Source: an uncultured Ignavibacteriales bacterium (GTDB taxonomy: Bacteria > Zixibacteria > MSB-5A5 > GN15 > FEB-12). From it: a stretch of DNA of 64,000 nucleotides. A program made the position numbers and the translations under genes. The DNA is taken from assembly GCA_964397415.1 (NCBI GenBank), contig CAYNIJ010000001.1, positions 522,345 through 586,344 of the forward strand. Reading direction: 5' to 3'. Shown piece after piece: positions 57,405 to 64,000 of this stretch. The first letter of the stretch is position 1; every line of letters starts with the position of its first letter. The notes below the pieces were generated by a model. It searched no databases. It was not told the DNA's origin and saw nothing but the letters and a program-made list of their open reading frames with translations.

Positions 57405-59270
57405 TTGGTGAATCTTTATCGGCGCACATTTTCGGTCCTGGTCCCGTATTGGCGGCAACTGACAGTTGCCTCGCTCTCCGCGGCACTCAATGCGCTCTTG
57501 TCGGGTCTGCTCATTTGGATGGTCGGGCCGCTCCTTAACACGCTATTCAAAGTGGGTGGCATTGGGGGCGTGCCGACGGTGACGCCTGACGCTTCATCGG
57601 CCCCGTTAGGCGAAATGGCCAAAGGGTTTGATTCGATCAAGGAAGTCATGAAGGGATGGGTAGACGGCCTCGTGCAGGCCGATTCGCCATCCAAAATGCT
57701 CTTCAACTTCTGCATTTTGATCATGGTCGTCGTGATCCTGAAGAATCTGTTTCTGTATCTTCAGGGATTCTATATGGCCTATGTCCAGCAGGCGGTGGTT
57801 CGCCAATTCAGGAACAGTCTTTTCGAGAAGTACCTTCGATTGTCGCTCGACTATTTTCAAGCTCGACGAACGGGCCATATCATGTCGCGGGTCACGAACG
57901 ACGTGGTGGTACTGAACGAGTCGATCGATCTGGGATTCAATCGACTGGTTACTGATTCGCTCTTCACATTAATGCTGATCAGCTTTCTCGTGATATTGAG
58001 CTGGAAATTAACATTGCTGGCGATGATAGTTCTGCCGGTGATCTTTGGCTTCATCTGGTTCATCGGCAAGAAGCTCCGCAAGTACTCTGAGCGTTCGCAA
58101 GAGCGGATGGCGGATGTAACATCGGTACTTGAAGAATCCGTCAACAACGCCCGGATTGTCAAAGCCTTCTCCATGGAGAAGTTTGAGCAGGCTAAGTTCT
58201 TCGCGGCGACGCAGAACTACTTCAAGGCATTGCTCCGAATGACGCGAATAAGGCACCTGGCGTCGCCGATCAATGACACCCTGGCAACCATGGCAGGAGT
58301 GATCATCCTGCTGTATGCAGGCTCCAGGATCGTAGCGGGAAGTGGGGAGTTGAGCGCGGCTGACTTCATGACATATATCCTGGCGATGTTTTCGCTGATC
58401 AAGCCGGTCAAAGATCTCAGTCAGATACATATCAAGTTGCAGGAGGGGATGGCGGCCGCGGATCGAGTGTTTGAGGTTATCGACACGGAGGAGAAGATTG
58501 TCGAACCTTCTCAGCCCAAACAGATTGAGAGTTTGCAACAGGCGATTCGCTATGAGCGGGTCAGCTTCAGCTATAATCTGGGTGAGCCGGTCATTCGCGA
58601 TGTCTCATTTGAGGTGAAACGCGGAGAGATAGTGGCTGTGGTGGGACCATCAGGGGCGGGGAAATCAACACTTTTCGACCTGCTGCCGAGATTTTATGAC
58701 CCGCAACAGGGGAAGATCACAATTGATGGTATTGATATTCGGGAGTTGTCGCTGTCGTCGTTACGCGGACTGCTTGGCATCGTGACTCAGGAGACCTTTC
58801 TGTTCAACGATACGATCATCAATAATATCGCCTACGGCATGCAGGGAGTGGCGAAAGAGAAGGTGATCGAGGCCTCAAAAGCGGCCAATGCCCATGATTT
58901 TATCATGCAATTTGAGCATGGATACGAGACTCAAGTAGGGAATCGCGGAGTCATGCTTTCGGGAGGGCAACGCCAGCGGTTGGCCATTGCGAGGGCATTG
59001 CTCAAGAATCCGCAGATATTGATATTTGATGAGGCGACCTCATCCCTGGATACTGAGTCGGAGATGCTGGTGCAACAAGCGATCGACCATCTGATGGCGA
59101 ATCGAACTACGCTTGTAATCGCACATCGACTTTCCACTATAAAGAACGCGACACGCATTCTGGCGATTGAGAACGGCGAGATAGTCGAAGCAGGGACGCA
59201 CAGCCAGCTTCTGGCCAACGGAAAACTCTATGCGCGGCTATATGAAATGCAATTCCGGGGGGACGCGTGA
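57405..59270 (+). CDS. msbA: MsbA-like lipid A/LPS exporter (fused TMD-NBD ABC)
   Basis: GPSGAGKS, LSGGQRQR, FDEATSSLD, IAHRL; next to LPS glycosyltransferases. Confidence 0.85.
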   Translation: MVNLYRRTFSVLVPYWRQLTVASLSAALNALLSGLLIWMVGPLLNTLFKVGGIGGVPTVTPDASSAPLGEMAKGFDSIKEVMKGWVDGLVQADSPSKMLFNFCILIMVVVILKNLFLYLQGFYMAYVQQAVVRQFRNSLFEKYLRLSLDYFQARRTGHIMSRVTNDVVVLNESIDLGFNRLVTDSLFTLMLISFLVILSWKLTLLAMIVLPVIFGFIWFIGKKLRKYSERSQERMADVTSVLEESVNNARIVKAFSMEKFEQAKFFAATQNYFKALLRMTRIRHLASPINDTLATMAGVIILLYAGSRIVAGSGELSAADFMTYILAMFSLIKPVKDLSQIHIKLQEGMAAADRVFEVIDTEEKIVEPSQPKQIESLQQAIRYERVSFSYNLGEPVIRDVSFEVKRGEIVAVVGPSGAGKSTLFDLLPRFYDPQQGKITIDGIDIRELSLSSLRGLLGIVTQETFLFNDTIINNIAYGMQGVAKEKVIEASKAANAHDFIMQFEHGYETQVGNRGVMLSGGQRQRLAIARALLKNPQILIFDEATSSLDTESEMLVQQAIDHLMANRTTLVIAHRLSTIKNATRILAIENGEIVEAGTHSQLLANGKLYARLYEMQFRGDA

Positions 59271-60382
59271 ATCTGATGTTTCTCGATTCGATCGAGAAGG
59301 AGACCTACGGCGGGATGGAGGAGTGGGTGCGGCTGGTTGCCTCCGGATTGGTCGCCAAGGGTCATCGTGTGCGCGTGGTCGGACGGCCGGAGTCTCGCTT
59401 CCTGGAAAGACTGGAGCGGGAGACTGAACATGTCCAGTTGACCGGTCTGGATATCTCGGGGGACTTCAATCCGGCGACCATCGGAGCGCTCAAGCGACTG
59501 ATGGTCGAGGATGGTACCGAGATCATTGTCACCAACTTCAACAAAGACCTAAGGCTGGGAGGATTGGCCGCGAGGCTCGAAGGGAATGTCCGGGTTGTCT
59601 GGTCAATCGGGCTGGATATCACCAAAGATTCGTTGATACATCGCATTCTCTCTCCTCGACTATTTGATGGCGTTATTGTTCCTTCACAGGCGCTTAAATC
59701 GCAGATAACGCGGCATGGATATATCAGTGCGGACGATGTCGAGGTCATTCCTATCGGCATCCCGGATACCACGGTTGCTGACCGCGACGAGATGCGCCAG
59801 CAGTTCCGGACGCGCCTCAATATCCCCCAAAACGCGAATGTTGGTGTGACGCTTGGGCGATTTGTTGAGCAAAAGGGACACAGGTACCTGTTGGAGGCGT
59901 TAGCGTCGATGGCAAAGGACTTTCCGGAACTTCACCTGCTTTGGTGCGGCGATGGGCCCTTGGTATCTGAACTGAAGTCGATCGCACTGAAGTATGGGCT
60001 CGAAAACAGAATTGTCATTGCCGGAATGCTGAATGATGTGGTTCCGGCCCTGGTCTCAGCGGACTTGATGATACATCCTTCGGTAGAAGAGCCTTTCGGA
60101 ATCGCTGTGCTGGAGGGGATGCGGGCGGGGCTACCGATCGTTGCCTCAGAAGTCGGCGGGATACCTGAGGTGGTCGGAGACTGTGCGATAATGGTTACGC
60201 CGCGCGACTCAAAATCCCTGGCCAAAGGGATAATTCGAGTGCTGACCGATGAACCGCTGCGAATCTCTATGGCCGGTCGGGGGCGCAGACGTTTCGAAGA
60301 ACATTTCTCGGTAAAAGCGATGATCTCGCGGCTGGAATCGTACTTCCAAGCGATGCTTCAGACGGAGAAGCGGCATGGATGA
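59267..60382 (+). CDS. Glycosyltransferase family 4
   Basis: YGGME, GRFVEQKGH, EPFGIAVLEGM..VGGIPE. Confidence 0.92.
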   Translation: MNLMFLDSIEKETYGGMEEWVRLVASGLVAKGHRVRVVGRPESRFLERLERETEHVQLTGLDISGDFNPATIGALKRLMVEDGTEIIVTNFNKDLRLGGLAARLEGNVRVVWSIGLDITKDSLIHRILSPRLFDGVIVPSQALKSQITRHGYISADDVEVIPIGIPDTTVADRDEMRQQFRTRLNIPQNANVGVTLGRFVEQKGHRYLLEALASMAKDFPELHLLWCGDGPLVSELKSIALKYGLENRIVIAGMLNDVVPALVSADLMIHPSVEEPFGIAVLEGMRAGLPIVASEVGGIPEVVGDCAIMVTPRDSKSLAKGIIRVLTDEPLRISMAGRGRRRFEEHFSVKAMISRLESYFQAMLQTEKRHG

Positions 60383-61487
60383 GTTGAAACCGCTGGAGCA
60401 CAAGATCAAAGCGGCGGCATTCGCGTTGGCGCGACCGATGTTAAAACGCCCTCAGCGTGAGTTCCAGCCTCTGGATGGCAGCAAATTGAACCGCGTTCTG
60501 TTTCTGCGGCCCGAAAAGATCGGGGATATGGTGATTTCGTTTCCCGTATTCGATGGACTCAAGCAGCGGTTTCCGCACATTCAAGTATCCATACTGGCGT
60601 CGCCACGGAATCAGGCGATCATCGAGGGGGACACGAGATTCGAACATGTCTTTCTCTACCGGAAGCATCTGTGGAGGGATATTCGGACGGTTCGAGCGAT
60701 ACGGCGAATGAAGTTCGATTGCGTGGTTGACATGATCTGCGATGACTCGGTGACGGCGCTTTTTCTGTCGCAACTGTGTGTGCCCGGTAAACCCCGGATC
60801 GGCGTCGGTAAGGTCAAGTATCGGGAGTTCTACGACTTCAATTATGATCATAGAATGGGTAACACCGGGCATATCATCGAGAACACACTGAAGTTACTGG
60901 AGGCCTTTGCCATCGATAGCGGCAATGTCTCATGCTACGCGCCGCCGTTTGTGGCGCCTGAAAAGATGTCGAGGATGGAGCAGTTCGCGTCGAATCTTCG
61001 GGGCGACAAGGATACTCTGCTGGTTGGCTACAATCTTTCCGCCGGTTCTCCGACCAGACTGTGGGCCTCAGAGAAATCTGAAGAACTGGTGCGGAGATTG
61101 CTGGCGGACCGTGAAGATCTGCATATCGTGATCTTCACCACACCGGCGGAGCGTTCGCGAGGCGACGCGCTAATGGGCAGGTTCACGAGCAGAGTCAGTC
61201 AGGTACCGGCCGGGATGAGTCTGCAGGAAGCATCGGCGCTCATTTCACAACTCGACTTGCTGATCACACCAGACACCGCCCCGGTGCATATCGCGCGCTC
61301 GTTCAAGGTTCCGGTGGTTGGCATGTACAGTCGGTTCATGAAGAACTTCCTGCTCTGGAAACCGTTTGGCCAGGATGTTGGCGCGGTAGTCTCCGGCAAT
61401 GATGATAACATCCATGACATCACGGTCGACCAGGTGTTTGCGGCATATCGGCAGGTACTGGCGCAGCGGAAGGCGGTCGCGCGATGA
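60375..61487 (+). CDS. Glycosyltransferase family 9 (heptosyltransferase-like)
   Basis: LRPEKIGDMV, ITPDTAPVHIA. Confidence 0.9.
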   Translation: MDELKPLEHKIKAAAFALARPMLKRPQREFQPLDGSKLNRVLFLRPEKIGDMVISFPVFDGLKQRFPHIQVSILASPRNQAIIEGDTRFEHVFLYRKHLWRDIRTVRAIRRMKFDCVVDMICDDSVTALFLSQLCVPGKPRIGVGKVKYREFYDFNYDHRMGNTGHIIENTLKLLEAFAIDSGNVSCYAPPFVAPEKMSRMEQFASNLRGDKDTLLVGYNLSAGSPTRLWASEKSEELVRRLLADREDLHIVIFTTPAERSRGDALMGRFTSRVSQVPAGMSLQEASALISQLDLLITPDTAPVHIARSFKVPVVGMYSRFMKNFLLWKPFGQDVGAVVSGNDDNIHDITVDQVFAAYRQVLAQRKAVAR

Positions 61488-62242
61488 GCCGTCTGTCTGT
61501 CATCATGATCACCCGAAACGAAGAGGCAAATCTCGAGAAGGCGCTTCGTTCCGTTTCCTGGGCAGATGAGATCGTTATTGCAGATTCGGGCTCGACGGAC
61601 AAAACCAAAGAGATCGCGACGCGAATGGGAGCAAAGGTATTCGAAGTCGCATGGAAGGGTTTTGGTCCTGCCAAACAGGCGGCGGCCGAACGCGCCACAG
61701 GCGATTGGCTGCTGTCACTGGATGCTGATGAGGAGATTTCGCCCGAACTCGCCAGCGAGATAAAGCAGGTTATTGACTCCTCCAATCCATTTCCAGGGTA
61801 CGCTATGCCACGCAGGACTCAGTTTTTGGGACGGTGGATACTGCACTGCGGATGGTACCCTGATCATGTGCTACGATTGTTCCGGAAAAACGCCGGCCGG
61901 TTTGATTCGGCTCTGGTTCATGAGCGAGTACTGCTGCAAGGGGAGGAGGGGCGGTTGCAAGAAGAGATTCTCCATTACAGCTACCCCAATCTGGATCTTT
62001 ATCTGGAGAAACTGAATCGTTACACCACACTGGGGGCGGAGGAAGCGTGGCGCGAAGGAAAACGAGCCAGTTGGTTTGATATTGTCGGCCGGCCTCCTGT
62101 TGCTTTCATTAAGTACTATATCTCCAAGCGGGGATTTCTGGATGGCCTGGAGGGGTTCATTCTCTGCGGGCTTTCGGCTATGTCGGTGATGGTGAAATAT
62201 GCCAAATTGTGGCATCTGGGGAGAGGAAAGGATTCGAAGTGA
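61484..62242 (+). CDS. Glycosyltransferase family 2 (WaaE/KdtX-like)
   Basis: ITRNEE, DSGSTD, LDADE, WYPD..RLF, VHE, GFLDG. Confidence 0.92.
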   Translation: MSRLSVIMITRNEEANLEKALRSVSWADEIVIADSGSTDKTKEIATRMGAKVFEVAWKGFGPAKQAAAERATGDWLLSLDADEEISPELASEIKQVIDSSNPFPGYAMPRRTQFLGRWILHCGWYPDHVLRLFRKNAGRFDSALVHERVLLQGEEGRLQEEILHYSYPNLDLYLEKLNRYTTLGAEEAWREGKRASWFDIVGRPPVAFIKYYISKRGFLDGLEGFILCGLSAMSVMVKYAKLWHLGRGKDSK

Positions 62243-63285
62243 AAAAAGAGATTGAGATACAACCCGGCGAAAAGATCCTGATCAGCCGCTCCGATAAACT
62301 TGGGGATCTGGTGTTGGCGCTGCCATTCATTGAAACAATGAAAGAACGCTATCCGGAATGTCAGATCGATGTGATGGCTTCGCTCTATGCGTCGCCGATA
62401 TTGGAGAATAATCCACGCATTGACAAGATCGTTCGCGTTCAAAATGACCAGCTGATCTCCAACAAGTTGTACAAGAAAGATCTCCTGCATCGTCTTCGGT
62501 TGGCCAAATATTCGGCGGTCGTCGCGCTGTTCCCTGAGCGCCATGTCTGCAGTCTTTTTTATAAGGCGGGGATACCGCACCGGATAGGGACGGCGGGGAG
62601 ATTTCATTCGGTCTATTTCAATCATTTGCTTCTGCACAGCCGAAAGGCCAACAAAAAGCACGAGTTCGAGTACAATCTTGATTTTCTGAGGTTCTTCAGA
62701 ACCGGCCCTACAATTTCGACACCAATGGTTTACCCCAAGGAGAAGGAGTTCAGGAACGCGCGCCGTATCCTCAAGAATGCTGGAATTGACAAGCCGTTCG
62801 TTGTTCTTCATCCGGGATCGGGTGGGTCGGCGGAGAACTGGCCGATGGAGAAATTTCTGGAACTGTATGTCGCTCTCAAAAAGGCAAACATTCAGGTGAT
62901 CATCTCGGGTTCCGATAAGGAAGGAGAGATGATCGATGAGCTGGCATTTCGCAAATCGGTCGAGGTTCGAAAGATCACGGGAGAGACGGATCTACGGACA
63001 TTGGCGGCGGTTCTGTCACTTGCCTCGGCAGTAGTAGCGAACTCCACCGGCCCATTGCATCTGGCTGTGGCAGTCGGGACCAAAGTGGTGGGGTTGTATC
63101 CCGCTCGCGAAGTTATGTCGCCGCTCCGATGGGGACCGCTCGGAAAGGGACACCAAGTGATCGTGCCGCCGGGGAGTTGCAGTTGTCCCCCCAAGATGTG
63201 CCGCTGTATGGAGTCGATTTCCGTGCCATTGGCGGTCGAAAAAGTGAGGACAGTCTACAAGGCGCGTCAACACCAGGTGGTCTGA
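62239..63285 (+). CDS. Glycosyltransferase family 9 (heptosyltransferase-like)
   Basis: SRSDKLGDLVL, LHPGSGGSA.NW, ANSTGPLHLA, RWGP. Confidence 0.9.
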   Translation: MKKEIEIQPGEKILISRSDKLGDLVLALPFIETMKERYPECQIDVMASLYASPILENNPRIDKIVRVQNDQLISNKLYKKDLLHRLRLAKYSAVVALFPERHVCSLFYKAGIPHRIGTAGRFHSVYFNHLLLHSRKANKKHEFEYNLDFLRFFRTGPTISTPMVYPKEKEFRNARRILKNAGIDKPFVVLHPGSGGSAENWPMEKFLELYVALKKANIQVIISGSDKEGEMIDELAFRKSVEVRKITGETDLRTLAAVLSLASAVVANSTGPLHLAVAVGTKVVGLYPAREVMSPLRWGPLGKGHQVIVPPGSCSCPPKMCRCMESISVPLAVEKVRTVYKARQHQVV

Positions 63286-63296
63286 CGTATTAGACT

Positions 63297-64000
63297 ATGA
63301 ATCTTGCCGAATTCATCATCCGAGTCGAATCGTACAACGCGAATATCGATATTCCGCTGATACGGCGCGCCTACGAGTTTTCCGACAAAGCGCATGCCGG
63401 CCAGAAACGTCAGTCCGGCGAGCCATATGTAGAGCATTGCCTCGAGGTGGCCTTTGTGCTGGCCGAACTACATATGGACTCCACCACCATAGCAGCCGGG
63501 CTGGTGCATGATGTGGTGGAGGATACCTCGTTCACTCTCGAAGATGTTCGTCGCGAGTTCGGCGATGAGGTCGCGGAACTGGTCGATGGAGTCACCAAGA
63601 TCGGCGCCGTCTATTTCAATTCACTCGAGGAGCAGCAGGTTGAGTACTTCAGGAAGATGCTGCTCAGCATGGCCAAGGATATCCGGGTCATCCTGATCAA
63701 GTTGGCGGATCGCCTGCACAATATGCGAACGCTCGGAGCCATGCCTCCGGAGAAGCAGAAGCGGATAGCGCAGGAGACGCGCGATGTTTATTGCCCGCTC
63801 GCTCATCGCCTCGGTATCAACAAAACCAAGATTGAGCTTGAAGATCTCTGCTTTAAGTATTTGGAGCCTGAAGTCTACCAGGAATTGGCTGTTCAGATAA
63901 AGGAGCGCAAGGAAGAACGCGATGCGTATATCCTCGAAGTAACAGTCCCGATCAAGGAAGCATTGGCACGGGACGGCATTCTTGGCACGGTCAGCGGTCG
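63297..64000 (+). CDS. relA: RelA/SpoT (p)ppGpp synthetase/hydrolase (5' part)
   Basis: Not in ORF track; MNLAEF..AHAGQKRQSGEPY..H..VA, HDVVEDT, LVDGVTK, IKLADRLHNMRTL, PLAHRLG. Confidence 0.95.
   Translation, partial: MNLAEFIIRVESYNANIDIPLIRRAYEFSDKAHAGQKRQSGEPYVEHCLEVAFVLAELHMDSTTIAAGLVHDVVEDTSFTLEDVRREFGDEVAELVDGVTKIGAVYFNSLEEQQVEYFRKMLLSMAKDIRVILIKLADRLHNMRTLGAMPPEKQKRIAQETRDVYCPLAHRLGINKTKIELEDLCFKYLEPEVYQELAVQIKERKEERDAYILEVTVPIKEALARDGILGTVSG

Overview
Gene-dense, moderately GC-rich bacterial core-chromosome segment (~60 CDSs, 2 tRNAs). No prophage, IS, CRISPR array or rRNA was seen. A cohesin-like + FlgD-Ig/T9SS-type-tail protein, a Cys-flanked dockerin-like tail, LPS genes and a eukaryote-type citrate synthase fit an FCB-group diderm such as candidate phylum Zixibacteria (inference). 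Housekeeping content: ECF sigma/anti-sigma, comF-xerD-GGDEF, mlaEFD, glmU-like/galT-like/glgA, tRNA-Gly/Cys, two orphan PAS histidine kinases, gltA, fluoride riboswitch-crcB, prfB (programmed +1 frameshift)-pta-aspC-pckA, an msbA/LPS glycosyltransferase cluster and relA/spoT. The most notable unexplained structure is intergenic: two sigma54-type promoters that each run into a structured, terminated ~130-160 nt unit with no credible ORF and share a CCTGACG..GAGTCGGG hairpin, a third candidate sRNA behind sigma28- and sigma70-like promoters, and three sigma28-type promoters before non-flagellar loci. A possible cohesin-dockerin surface-assembly system and a lone AT-rich HEPN-motif (TIGR02391-like) gene also merit follow-up. 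All calls are from reading the sequence; no searches were run.
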